Origin: Amoebidium appalachense
Taxonomy: Eukaryota; Protista; Ichthyosporea
Reading direction: 5' to 3'
Assembly: GCA_963693365.1 (NCBI GenBank)
Contig: CAVNZM010000003.1
Location: 3,915,106 to 3,979,105, forward strand
Length of the DNA stretch: 64,000 bases
The stretch's first letter is position 1, and each line of letters begins with the position of its first letter. The notes below the pieces were generated by a model. It worked only from the letters and a program-made list of their open reading frames with translations. It was not told where the DNA came from and made no database searches. The translations under genes and the position numbers were made by a program. Positions 38,980 to 53,374 of the stretch are shown here, in pieces.

Positions 38980-39261
38980 GTACGTGCACACACCACATAT
39001 ACCAACACGGAGACCCGGGCTTTGCATACGTGCACAAATGGCTTCTCATACACGGAGAAGTCAGCGCGCACACACATGCACACACGTGTGCACCCACGCA
39101 CACGCATACTGGCAACCATGCACGCGCGCAAGCCAGGGCACACCCACACCCACACATGCACACATAAACACACACACACACACAACACACACGCCGATGC
39201 CCACCCACACGCACATGCACACACGCGCACACACACGCTTGCGCGCACACACAGGCACATA

Positions 39262-39309
<48 letters not shown>

Positions 39310-39599
39310 TACAGACACAGACACAGGCACAGGCACAGGCATAGGCACAGGACGCACACACGCACACATGCACACACGCACACACGCACGCACGCACACA
39401 CACACACACACACACGCACACACACACAAACACACACACACACACACACACAAATTTACACACATGCGACTTGGCAGATACGCACTCCCACACGAACGCG
39501 CTTGCCGCACACGCACAGGGACAAGTGCACACAACCGCACACACACTTGCAAACACACACACATGTGCACTAAGGTATGCAAAGGCACGTACACAAGCA

Positions 39600-39634
<35 letters not shown>

Positions 39635-40035
39635 GGACAAGCACACGCACACCGCACACGCACCCACGTGCATGCGTACGCAAAAGCACACACACACACA
39701 AATGGACACACGCACACACACACACACACCAATTTGACCAATAACATAAATAGTAGTGCACACACACACACACACCAAACCGATCGCCACAATACTACCA
39801 TAGTAATGAACTTATTCATTTCTGTACTTGTGTGCATACTCCGACCTGCAAACGGACGGCGTGAGACTGGCATCGTGGACGCACACACACGAACCTACAC
39901 ACATGCAACTTGGAACATAGGCACACCCACACGAGCGCGTTTGCGCACATATGCAAGCACATCACACGCACACACACTTGCACACACACCCGCGCGCGCA
40001 CTTGCAAATACACACTCACGCGCATGCGTTTACAC
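38980..40035. repeat. Degenerate (CA)n/(CACG)n field including (CACAGG)n at ~39250-39350
   Basis: Direct inspection. Confidence 0.9.
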
Positions 40036-40850
40036 ACGGGATGTGTGGGTGCAGCTTATCTTGTTTATGTCTATAAGATGGTGGTAGAGTCGAGTTTCAG
40101 AATGGGGCCTATGGTAGCCCCAGTATTACTGAGCAATACAAAAATCACTTGTCACCGTTAACGGTTCCGTGTGTTTTAGCCAAATAGTTTGAAAATAAAT
40201 CATTATTGTCACACACATCCACTAACCCGCAGAATGAATACCATGCATGCACACGAGCAAATAACCACAACTCTATGGCTGTCTCAGGCTCATTGCAAAG
40301 TTCGATTCACACATCATGATACCTCTCGATTTTTGACGTGCCTGTAACACAGTAAACTTTTGTGACACCGTTTTCCTTCAATCCCTTTTGAATTACGTCA
40401 ATGTCTGTGAAAAATACACCGCTATCATAATGTACACGTAAACCTATAGGACACTATACATATGGCCACGTGATGTGTTGGTAAACCTAGGCCGGAAGTG
40501 TCAGTAAGAGTTATTGATAGATAGTATGTGACGGAAGAGTTTCTTTGGCATAATATGCTATCATCAAATGGGCTATTCTTACGTGGTGGAATGAATGGAG
40601 TTAGTTTGGGGTTGATTGGGCAGACATATGTACAAATAGTGCTTTTATGTATATATATATATATAGAAACGATTTGAAAAAACCAGAACCTCAAATGCAA
40701 TTGCGGCTCCAAACTTCCTGTAAACCAGAATGCATGTGCGGCAACCACAACCAACTGTACACCACAGCCCGATATCTATTCAGAAAGCTTAAATTTTAAA
40801 TATAAACATAACAACACCACCTGTACATGTAGCCTCCGCGACATTAAAAT

Positions 40851-41660
40851 CTAGCAGTCGTGCCAGCTTCCACCGGAGCGGTATTTCATGCTGATGCCAT
40901 ATTGGCGCGCCATGGTACACGCTTTCCTCCCCTTGGAGTACTCTACGCCAAACACGGCCTTTCCGTTGTCAGTAAACCCATTGTAGTAGTAACACTCGTT
41001 GAACCGCGTGCAACTCTCATTGATAGCGAAATCAAAGTCCCACGCGACCTCCTTGGCGATTTCGAGCGCGTTCTTCAACCCAATGAGCAAACCGCGCGAG
41101 TGCGCTGCGTCCGCCAGCCAACGTGCGTACGTGAGCTGTGTTTGCATGAGTTTGGTCCTTGAGCCAGGGGCACAATCATGCAAATAACAGTCCAAGTTGT
41201 CTGCCTCCACACCGCTGCACCCGGCATTCACCATCGCGTCCATTCTCCTGGCCATCAAATTGGAAAACGACCGCCACCTGTTGAGGTTCAACCATTTCTC
41301 CCCGGGGTATACGGACGAGGAACTGACAAACTTATTGAGTTTGTAAGCGTCCGTGCGCCACGACTCCACGGTCCCTGCGCTCATGTAGCATATCACCGTT
41401 TGCCCGTTGTCGCGGTAGCTTTGAACGTCAGCCTTGCTCGTTCTCTGCAGGTCAACTAAAACCACGTCTTTTCCTGCTGGGTCGTCGTATATTTCCCACG
41501 CTTGGTTGGCCCATGAGGCCCCTGGGGCGATTTCCCTTCTACGACGGGGGGTTGTTGGGGGTGAATCCGAGACCGATACTACGCTTTCGGGTTGTTTTGA
41601 AGGAGGGGCAGCCATTACCAGAGAGCTGGCAAGAACGGATACGAAAACGATTGAAAACAT
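40851..41660 (-). CDS. Secreted glycoside hydrolase family 114 (endo-alpha-1,4-polygalactosaminidase-like), intronless, 269 aa
   Basis: Signal peptide; motifs VICYMSAGTVESWRTDA, YPGEKWLNL, GCSGVEADNLDCY, AHSRGLLIGLKNA, FDFAINESC, GKAVFGVEY. The putative catalytic Asp (DNLD) and Glu (INESC) are present. Confidence 0.93.
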   Translation of the reverse strand: MFSIVFVSVLASSLVMAAPPSKQPESVVSVSDSPPTTPRRRREIAPGASWANQAWEIYDDPAGKDVVLVDLQRTSKADVQSYRDNGQTVICYMSAGTVESWRTDAYKLNKFVSSSSVYPGEKWLNLNRWRSFSNLMARRMDAMVNAGCSGVEADNLDCYLHDCAPGSRTKLMQTQLTYARWLADAAHSRGLLIGLKNALEIAKEVAWDFDFAINESCTRFNECYYYNGFTDNGKAVFGVEYSKGRKACTMARQYGISMKYRSGGSWHDC

Positions 41661-41810
41661 GGTGGTGGTGTGTGAGTGAGTGAGAAGCGATGAGTGAGCA
41701 ACAACCTAGCTGGCAAACTGAAAGGATTCTTGAACGTATTCAGTTCTAACAAATCCTGGTAAACAAACGGCCAACACAATTGTTCTGGCGCACAAGAACC
41801 GCGCACAGAG

Positions 41811-42070
41811 CTTTATATATATCACGTTGTGACAACAGGCAACAATGTGTTGGCTAAGGGGGGATAATGGCTCTTACAACGCATTTATAATTCCTTTGGA
41901 ACCGCAAGTGGGCGGTCTGCTATATCAACAGTTGTCTGTCCTCGCTCTCAACCAATGACAGGCCAGATTTGCATAGCCCTGATCCCCTGGAATTTCGGAA
42001 ATGGCTTTGGCGAGGTCCGGTTGGTGCAGGAGAGATGTCCGGGATATCAACCCAGACCTAAACCAATCAG
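41811..42070 (-). promoter_or_regulatory. Putative GH114 promoter (TATA box + CCAAT boxes)
   Basis: TATATATAAAG on the minus strand at ~41811-41821, ~150 bp upstream of the ATG; CCAAT at ~41952 and ~42063. Confidence 0.4.
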
Positions 42071-43898
42071 CGTGAGGTAGATCTAGATCCCGATATTGTC
42101 TCCTACTCTCCCCATATGTGATCACTGAGGTCCTACATAGTATCAGATATCAAGCGTAGCTATAAGAGTGTATGGTTCTTGAGAGATACAAACGCACTAT
42201 CATGTCGTCATAAAACATTTTTGTTCGCAATCACTAGGATCTTATATTCGTATTTGTGCTCTTGTACATATTTGTGGGCTATTGTGAAGTATGCCCAGCT
42301 GATGTTGTCCCTCCACATACTTATAAAAAGCGTATAAAAACGTCCGAAATCGCGCGCGCGGTCGTGTTTATTTCGCGATACATCTTTTTACTGCTAGGGC
42401 CGCTTTACTGATGAATTTTTGCATAAGACGATTATAGATAGCCTAAGAAAAAGCCTGAGCCACCCTTATGTATATGCTGTCGCCAGCAGGGCATATGTAT
42501 ATGTGTGTACTATGGCGTGGGACCGATCAGACCCAAACACGTGAATTCTCGTTTTCTCACGGAGCATCAAAATTCCCGGGGCGGGAGTGGTGCGGTGTCG
42601 ACCAATCGCAACAGGGAACCGCATAGGGGTTGAATTACGACTCAAAATCGTCGTATTTACGATTAAGCCCAGGGGGTCAAAACGAGTAACGCTGTGAGGT
42701 GCTGTATTGGTTTTTCGTAGCAGTAAAATAGGTCAAAGTAGTGTATTTTGGTGTGTTTTCATACAAAAATGGGTGTTTTCCAAGGTAAAAGGTGGTCAGG
42801 TGGTTGTTTTGGAACTCAAGGGCGGAATATGAAGCCCTGTTTATTCTCTCGGGGTGTGTAATCGCTAAAGAGTGTAAAATTATCTGAAATAGGTTATCAA
42901 ATTTAATAGTAAAAGGGGTCTAAACGATTCATAAATGAGATGAAACCCCGCCAATACGATTTAGAAATTCTAACAATACGATTGAGTTTGAGGTAAAACG
43001 GGTAGCGCAGCCAAACCCCCACAACCCCTGGAACCGCCGCTCTAGCGGGAACAGACTCAGAGTCAATTTGAGCGCACGGAGCCCCTTGGCAAATAATACT
43101 ACCATGCACTGCCGTGGGGCGGAAATTGAGGCAACAAAACATCATTTACCATGTACATGTTATGATGTAACTTTAGGTATTTTTCGTGTATTATGCGTAA
43201 TTTTGGCGTACATTTGTACCGTATAAACGAAATTTCCCAGGTGCCAAAGATGTTTCCCTGGTGATCAATAAAAACCCAGTTACGGTTATCAGGTTTAAGT
43301 GCACCAATAGGAACGCTCCGAACACAGGAAATTCAATTCCATTGAAGGATCAATCGAGTTCGACTTTGACTCGAGTTGATTTGACGCAAACGTGGAAACA
43401 CAACGATAAAACCGCGCGCACCTTCGGAAAATGTACATGTATTCCTTTATGTAAAATATAAAGGAATACATGTGCATGCACACAAAACATTGTAGTAGGG
43501 AATGTATCTATATTTGATAATCACGAAACATGAAGGAGGTTTGGTTAGGAAGTGAGGGAGATCCGCACAGTTAACTATTTTCCCGGCCTCCGGATCGAGC
43601 GAGTCTTCGTGGCTCAACTTTTATCTAGAGCACGGCCATCTAGAAACACCAGATGGCCGTGATCTAGAGGCACTGGGCTAGAGAAGATGAATTCGTTAAC
43701 GTTGCAGTGTACCTCATGATAATAACAAAAGCCTCGCTCAAGTTGGTTTTGAAATTCGAACATTGCGAACACGTGCCCAATATGCAGATGGGGCGAGGGG
43801 ATGCACCAGGGCGCGAGAGGGGGAATATCAGGCTGAGGCGGGGAGGGAGCTTGCGTTGTGAGGCACACGGTTTCTCACATACCGTCTCCTTCTCTTAT

Positions 43899-43953
<55 letters not shown>

Positions 43954-43991
43954 CACACACACACACACACACACAACGGTGAAACAGGCAC

Positions 43992-44231
<240 letters not shown>

Positions 44232-44294
44232 GGGTAGGGGGGAGGCTGTGGGAGGTTGGAGTTGGGGCTGGGTTTTTTTGTTTTTTTTTTGGGG

Positions 44295-44330
<36 letters not shown>

Positions 44331-44909
44331 TGGTGAGAGAGAAAGACGAGGAAACATCTGCACGGGTAGGAGGTTAGTTCGTTCCAGGCTTCCGATAATG
44401 ATCTGGCACCCAAATAATTAACGCCTAGAGGGCCTGCAAAGGTCCTCCGGGAACAAAACGTGACAAAAAAAGACAACAAAACGAATAATTAACGTGCACC
44501 ACACTGAAGAATGGCCAAGTGGTGGTGGGGGCAAAGTCTAATAAGCGCCGGATCCGGATTTAAACAGCCCCCCCCCTCCCCCCACCCCCCCCACCCCCTC
44601 CCTCCCCCGAGTCCCCCCCCTCCCCCCATGGCCCCCCCACCCCCATCGCTTCCCCCCTCCCCACCCCCCCCCCCCCCACCCCCCCCCCCCCCCCCCACCC
44701 CCGGGGGGGAACGTGATGCGTGTACATGTGTGCTATGATGCTTTCGTGCGGCACTACAAGTTGGGTATCCCGGCAGTGAGAAAGACAAAAGCAGCCCCCC
44801 TCACCCCTCCCCCCTCATTTGTGCTGTCTGTGTGTGTGTGTCCCTGTGTGTGACGGTGTGTGTGTGTGTTCTTTTTTTTTTTTTTTTGTTGTTGTTTGGT
44901 GGTGGTGGT

Positions 44910-44969
<60 letters not shown>

Positions 44970-45793
44970 CCCGAAAAACCTAGCATCTTCACACAAGCTC
45001 TTGTCAGTTGGCCGCCAATTTATCTTCAAACCCCCCCCCCCCCCCCCCCCCTCTTCCCCCCTTCCCCCCCTTACTCCCCTCCTTCTCCTCTCCCCGGGCC
45101 CTCCCCTCCGGGCCTTGCCAAGCTCCAAAACAGAAAAGAAGAGGCAAAACCAAACGAGAATAACAGGAAAGAAAACAAGAACCAAAAAAGAAAAAAGGCA
45201 ACCCCTCCATCCCCCCCCCCCTCCCCCCCCTCCCCCCTCCCCCCTCCCCCCCTCCCCCCTCCGTCAGTGATAGAACAAACCATAGCTAATTAGGCATTAT
45301 CCTTGGTCTCTCACTGATTTTATGCATGGAGCATGATGTTTATTTAGCGAGAAATAACGGTGCATTGGCCGAGGCTAATTATTGGTGGCATAACATTTGC
45401 GTGCCAAGGTGTGTTGTGATTGGTTGGCCATTGTATCACGTGGTCACACTTGAAAACAAAGTTATGATCTGTTCGTGAAATTTAAATCCTTTTTGGCCAA
45501 TCAATCTACTTGTTGCAGTGTGAAAATTGACGTGGGTCTTGTTAAGAGTCTAAATTCATGATAGTATCAGGTTTGTAGCCTAATAGGGTATGCCTCCCCC
45601 CTCCCCCTCTCCCCCCCACCTCCCCCTTCTCCCCCCCCCCCCCCCCCCCTCCATTTTTTCTTTTCTTTTTAGTTTTGTGTGTGTGCGCGCACGCGCGTGC
45701 GTGTGCTTTTTTTTTTTTGGGTCGTGTGTGTGTGTGTGTGCCAGCACGCAGACAAGTGTGTGCGCGGGTGCGTGTGTGTGTGCCAGCACGCAC

Positions 45794-45861
<68 letters not shown>

Positions 45862-45887
45862 GGGGGGGGGGGGGGGGAGAGAGAGAG

Positions 45888-45921
<34 letters not shown>

Positions 45922-46263
45922 TGTGTGTGTGCGTGTTTCTCTCTCCCCCCCCCCCCCCCCCCCCCCCCCCCCCACCCCCTCTCTCCTTCCCTTTCTCTCT
46001 CTCTCTCTTACTCCCGTCCTCCCCCCAATCCCCCCCCCTCTCCCCCCACCACCCCCACCATAAGGGCTTTATATGCGTGTCCATACATAATGCTGTGTAT
46101 GAGCATGTGCACATAGTGATGGTACATAATGTCGAACTCGGCGGTGCACGTGTGTGCACTCACTGTTAACGTTCAATGTGGGTGTGACTGTGCAGGGGTG
46201 TGTTCGCCGACTCTCCTAATTTAATGAAGGTGCATGCATCCCCCCCCCCCCCCCCCCCCACAG

Positions 46264-46298
<35 letters not shown>

Positions 46299-46799
46299 CA
46301 CGCACCGTGCACATGTAATTATACGGTACACTTAAACAATCGTATATATCAGTGGCGTGCCGGCGCCCCTTAAATGCTATGGTGTGTGTGGTTTTGGTAC
46401 CGGTAATGCACGTGATCATGATGGTAGTGTGCTAAGAGTGTGTGTGGATGTCAGCGCTTCGCTGTGCACACGGCGAAAAATGTCATAGTGGTTCAATTTC
46501 ATGCATATGTTGTGTGCCTCTGCATACGTGTGCAAAATTCGGCAATACTACGAATGCTTGTACGTAAATGTGGTGGTGGTCATTATATTCTGTAATCATA
46601 TGCATGGGAGTTGCAATCGTGAGGCTCCACGCGTACCTATTATTGATGAGTGCGTCTGAGTGAATGCATGGTGTTGCGCATAGGTGCAATTAATAAGATG
46701 ACCAAAGTGTGCTTGTGTGCATGTGTGTGTGAAGCAATGTTGTTAACAGAAAACAGGGTAGACCCATTAACTGCGAATATGCGGGTTAAACTTGGGGGG

Positions 46800-46844
<45 letters not shown>

Positions 46845-46992
46845 TATCTAAGGAAACATACACATAACAGCTGTCATCCATGGTGAGCATGGGAAGTTGT
46901 ACACATCAGACTGTCCAAAAGCAGCAGCACATGTACACATACTAGCCCCTGCACACACACACAGTGTCACACACACACACACATACACACAT

Positions 46993-47042
<50 letters not shown>

Positions 47043-47864
47043 ACCCCCACAAATACATCAATCCACCTACGAGATATAACAATGAATTCATTTTTATTTC
47101 GCCCTGCTTACATGTATAGGTCTGCGCGCCACCAGGGACTGCTTATCTCTGCTACACACACAGCCATCAGCATACATAAACTTTCATACTCGGACTTTCT
47201 AATTACCTACAACCGCATTCGATTCTGCCCGCAGACCGTATGCTGCTCTGCACTCAAAAAAAAAAAAAAGACCCGTTTTGGTTTCCGGTATAAATGTTCA
47301 TACACCTTCTAAATACAGTATGTAAAAGCACCTGGAAAAATGGTGGAAAGGCTATGGAAATGTCAACATTTCTGAAACGATCATTAACGGCAACCACAAA
47401 CTCTCAAACACAAACAGAAGTCATACAAATCGAACACAAATGGGTGCAATGCGCGTGAGAAAACCACAATCCCTTCGAAATCTATCTGCACACACATCGT
47501 GTGTTGGCTGAATCCATTCAGAAATTTAGCATCGAGAAAAGAAGGTATGATAGCAACCTTAGATGGGTGTATGCGCGTTACACCGTGCACTCTGTCCGTG
47601 TATCTGTGTTTTGCGAGCACAGTTGCGAACCGGAGGGTGTCGTTTTTGTGCGTGTGTGCTTGCACTATACATTGCGTATATGTGTCAATGCCTCACCTAC
47701 GTTTGGACAAACCGGCTGTCATATGAAATGAGGAGCATACACCTTCACACCTTCACACCCACACACACGTCCTCCCACACCTTCCCCCCCTTCCCCTCCC
47801 GCCCTCTCCCCCTTCCCCTCCCCCCCAACCCCCCCCAAAAAAAACACACACACATGCCCATCAT

Positions 47865-48622
47865 TCACGATATAACACACTGCCCGCCCGCCTTCCCCGC
47901 CCGTTTATCCCCAGCCACATCCATAGGCGCGTTCGCGGCCACTTTCCCCTTCCGCTTCGCCGCGGCCGCGGCCGCGGCCGATATCGCGTAATCGACAACC
48001 ACATCCGATTTCTTTGCAACGATATGGTCGCTACTCTTACTCCTTTGCATGCGCGTCATTTCACCTACCGCCCCGTCAGCGTCTCTCTTCTTGCTTGGTT
48101 GCCTCTCGCTCCCCCTCCTACTCCTCCTCAACTTACCCAACCCCCTTGCGAACACACTGCCCCCTCCCCCCACCTCCTCCACCCCCTTCCCTCCCTTCCC
48201 TCCCATCCCTTCCCCCACCTCCGATACTTTCGGGAGACGAAGATTCGAGCGCATGCGAGTTTTGCCTCTCCGGGATGTCCTGTGAACCGGGAACACTCAA
48301 AAGGGATGTGCTTGTTAGCGGCGTTGTTTTCTGTTGCTGCTGCAATTGTTGTTGGTGTAGCAGCGCGCGTTGTTGCTGGTGTTGCTGTATGCGTTTCTGC
48401 CTTGTTGCCTCCCTTTCAAGGCGCATCTGTTCGGCTCTGCTCACCGCATCACCATCCTCTTTTTCCGTTGCTGACTCTTCTTCGATTAGAACCGCTGAGG
48501 TTTGGCGCTTCATGGAACCCCTCTGCAGGTTGAAAAATGTCAGCGGGTGGATTGAGAAATCCGTGAAGGGGTGGGCGGGTGGGTGGGTGGGTGGGTGGGC
48601 GGGTGGTGTTGGTGGTAGTGGT

Positions 48623-48677
<55 letters not shown>

Positions 48678-49247
48678 GAGAGAGGGGAGAGAGAAGGGAG
48701 GGAGGGAGGAGGTGTGAGTTGTGCATGTGTGTGCAGGGCTGGTGGTGGTGGGGCACGGGAGGGAGGGAAGGGGAGGGATGAGGGAAAGCGAGTTGCCGAG
48801 AGGGAGAGAGGGAGAAAGAAGAGAGCAAGAGAGGGAGAGAGGATAGAGGAGAGGGGACAGAGAGAGGGGGGGGGGGGGGGGGGGGGAGAGGGGGGAGGAA
48901 GGGGGGAGTGAGAGAGAGACAGAGAGAGAGGTGGATAGAGAGCTTGGTGCACAGCCATTGTACGCGTGAGCAAGAAAGGAAAACGAGCGGGCATTCCGAT
49001 GGACGAACGGGAGCATGCGTGCATATGTGGTGGTGGTGGTGGTGGTGGTGGTGGTGAGGGGGGAGGGGGGAGGGTGGTATGGGCATGAACCAACCTTTCC
49101 TTGGTCGGCCAAAGCAGAGGTAAAGCGAAAGTGGGGCTGAGGTGGTGGTGGGGGTAGAGGCTCATCGTCTGGCTCCTCCTGAAATGCACATAGACTATGA
49201 GTTCGAGCCTGCTGTGTGAAACAGACACCAACCAATAATCGAAGCTC

Positions 49248-49306
<59 letters not shown>

Positions 49307-49457
49307 TCCGACCATATCCATGGATAAATTTGTGCACGGAGCCCCCTGTTTTCCTTCTGTGCAAACGCTCTAGGCAGTTCGCTCCTTGTGATCTATCACG
49401 GGCCCATTTCCTCCCTTTCCGACCCCCCCCCCCCCCCCCCCCCTCTCTCTCTCTCTC

Positions 49458-49493
<36 letters not shown>

Positions 49494-49730
49494 TCTCCCC
49501 TCTCTCCCCTTGCGCCACCATGTCGAATTCAAACCTTACAATCTCAACACAACATGCATGCAACTTCTTTTGGTGTACTGTATATGAATGTGTCGCTTAT
49601 TAGATGTCCTGCTAGTTTAATATCTTTTGACTTGCGTCAGGACTGTTTTTGAAATTTCCGCATATATCCTCACCATAAATCAACAGATTTTATCAACATA
49701 TGCTGGACATCGAGAATGGGGGTCAAAGCC

Positions 49731-49766
<36 letters not shown>

Positions 49767-50745
49767 AAATGAACCTCTATGCTCTTTCGTATTGTCTTTG
49801 TGAACATGCGGCTGGGGGCTTGTGGCTGGGGGGAGGTGGCCACCGGCTCATGCTTTGCTTTCTCCACTGGGGACATGGAGCTACGTGCTGGTGAACCTAT
49901 GAGGTCTTCCAGTGATGGTGCTGGTGGGGGGAATGAGGGGGGGAAAAAAGGGGAAAAGGAAGAAAAAAAGGAAGAAAAAAGGAAGGCAAAAAAAGGGCGA
50001 GGAGGGGAAGGTGGGTTGAAGGGGAGGACGGGGGGAGAGGGGGGGGGGGGGGGGGGGGGGGTTAGTCAACAAACACGGCTGTTGAGGTGAAACCATGTCG
50101 GTATAATCATCAGCAACCCTAAACTACAGTCAGCGACATGAAGGCAGACCCAATCACAGAGCCCAATTCGGCCCCCGGTACGTGATCTTCATCCAATCGA
50201 ACAGGATTAAATCTATGGAATTCGACGCTCATTGGCTGTGGAAAAAAGCAGAGGGGGGTAAAAGGGGTAAAAAAAGGTGCTGCACTGATAATGGTCAAAT
50301 CAAAACGCCTAATTTTTGTTGACATAGGTTGTGACTGGGTCTGCCTTCATGTTGCTGACTGTAGAACTCTTCTTAAGTTAACAAAAACATCTTTCGCGCC
50401 GCTAACCCAAAGGCAGAACCACGAAGGGAATAAAACAGAATTATAAAGAAACAGCAAAAAAAGGAAAACGCAGCTTTGAAGAAAGGACAAGGCAACAAAA
50501 CAACCCCCCCCCCCCCCCCCCAAAAAAAAAGGGCGCTACATCACCAACTAGAGAAAGAAACACCACCCACCTTGAATGTTGAACCCGATATTCGCCGGTT
50601 GGTTGGGTGACTGGGGCGGGGACATTATTACGGGAGAGGACTGACTGTCTATCTTTGGGGGTGGGTTGCCCGATACCGTCTTGCTGTGTTTGCGACTCTT
50701 TCGGTGCTGTGTGATTCGTTGGAGGAAGCTGGGTGGTTCAACGGG

Positions 50746-50812
<67 letters not shown>

Positions 50813-51944
50813 AGGGGGAGGGGAGGTACGTGTGTGTGTTCATGTGCGATGGACGACGGGGAGGGTGTGTGTGTGTGTGTGTGTTGTTCGTGGGTATATG
50901 TTGTTCGTGTGTGTGTGTGTGTGTGTGTGCGTGCGGGTGTGTGTGAGCAATGGGCACGAAGCATAAATGAATACATAACCATGTACAGATCTTCATCCGC
51001 CACGTAGCTGTTGCGCATGCACCTCCCCCCCCCCCCCCCCCCCCCCCCCCCACCACACACACACACACACACCCCTCGGGCCATAAAATAAAAAAAAGGA
51101 ACATTTGTTTTCTTAATGAACGACACAGGAAAGCAAATCCAAACACCATTGACAAACAACCAGCTACGCCAACTGCGTGCTTCCTCTTGCACTCAGGAAA
51201 TCCCCCCCCTTACCCCCCAACACACACACACACATAAACCCAACTCTATTTTTGTGCCTCTGCCAAAACCTGCTTTACACCCCCCCCCCCCCCCCCCCCC
51301 CCCCCTTCCCCCCCTCCCCCCACCCACACCCCCACAGCCCCCTCCTCCTCCTCCCCCCACAACCCCCCATCTCCTCCCCCCTCCTCTCCCAACACCCACC
51401 CACCCACGCACCCACCCACGCACCCACAAAACACGGACACGTACTTTTGAGTCAGGAACTGTTCAAATGCCGGGTCCTTGACGTTTACGTTCTCAGCAGA
51501 AAGTGCCCTCTGAAGGGTGCCGGGTGGCTGCTCACTGCATTCCTTTTTGGGAACTACCTTGGGCGTCTATGTGTGTGTATGTGTATGTGCGTGTGGGTGC
51601 GTGCATGCGTTCGTGCGCGCGCGTGTGTGTGGGAAGGGGGGGGGGCGGGGGGGTGGGTTGTGTCAGTGTGCATCGGCTTTGCGTTTAAGTGGGCATTGGT
51701 TCGTATTAACGTGTGCATAGGTTTGTGTCAGGGTGTGAGCTTGGTGATGTCTGTCCATGGGGCCACGTAGAATGCCGAAGTACATTGGTTGAAGTTAAAG
51801 TGTGTGTCGGTGCATGGGTGACAAGGTGTAAACTTCATGGAAAAAAACAGGGAAGGTACGACGCCGTGGTAAAAGCGGGCAAGGCAGTGGTGTTGTCTAT
51901 GTGTGTCTGTCTGTGTGTTTGTGTGTGTGCGTGTGCGTGGTGGT

Positions 51945-51991
<47 letters not shown>

Positions 51992-52276
51992 GAGATGTGT
52001 GCGCGCGGGTGCGCCTGCATGTGTGCGTGCGCTTGCATGTGTGTGTGCATGTGTGTGTGTACATGCGCGCATGAGCATGTATATGTGTGCGAGGGTGCAG
52101 GTGTGTTTTGCCTGTGTGTGTATGAATTCGTGCGTGTGCATTGATAGCTGGGAACTTGGGAGAGAAGAGGGGGATGTGCGGGTGAAGGAGGGAAAGGGAT
52201 GTGTTATGAATTACCATAGCGAGGTGTTGTCCGGACTGGGCTAAAGTAAGCAGGAAATAGTGGGAGGTGCCCTAAG

Positions 52277-52354
<78 letters not shown>

Positions 52355-52644
52355 CTGTGTCTGTGCATGTGCGTGTGCATGTGTGTGTGTGTGTGTGTAC
52401 CTGCGTGCGCGTACGTGCACTTGGGGAGAAGGGAAGGGGGGAGGGGGGAGGAGAAATGGAGCATATGTTCAAAATTACCATAGCCAGGTGTTGTCCCGAC
52501 TGCGCAATATTGAGCAGTGAGTGGTGGGAGGTGCCCTTAGCCGTGCTCCGTCTCTGGCGCAGCTGCTGCAGTCTCAATAGGTGGTAGGTGGCCACGTTGT
52601 ACGTGTGGTTGTGTGCATCAAGGTCACACCGCACCTCCTCGTAA

Positions 52645-52724
<80 letters not shown>

Positions 52725-53308
52725 TGTGTGTGTGTGTGTGCAGGCGGTAGGTGGCCACGTTGTACGTGTAATTGTGTGCATCAAGGTCACACGTACCTCC
52801 TCGTAGTTTGTGTGTTGGTGTGTTTGTGTGCACGTGTTTGGCGAAGGCGGTGGGAAGGGGGGAGAGGGGAGGCAAGGGGAAGGGGGGACGAAGGAAGAGG
52901 GGGGCCAAAGGGGGGGGGGGGAAGGAGAGCGGAGGGGGGAGGGGAGGGGGAGGGGAGGGGGGAGGGGGGAGGGGGGAGGGGGGATTTGAATGCGTCAAAA
53001 AGTACGAAGTACACAAGAACAAACGGATAACACGATGGGGGGGGGAGGGGGGGAGGGGGAAAAGGCATTAGAATGCGACGTACCTCTCTCATAGAGAGAG
53101 AATGCGATAAAACCAATAGAGAAGAGCTGCCCAGGGCAAGGGAGACACACACACACGCACACGCACACACATGCACACGCACACACACCACATACACACG
53201 CACACACACACACAGAAAGCGAACGGGATAGGAGAGAGGGAGCAAGAGAGGGAAGGAGTGGAAGAGGGGATGGCGTGGGGGGAGAGAGAAAGGGGTGGGC
53301 GCACATGT

Positions 53309-53374
<66 letters not shown>

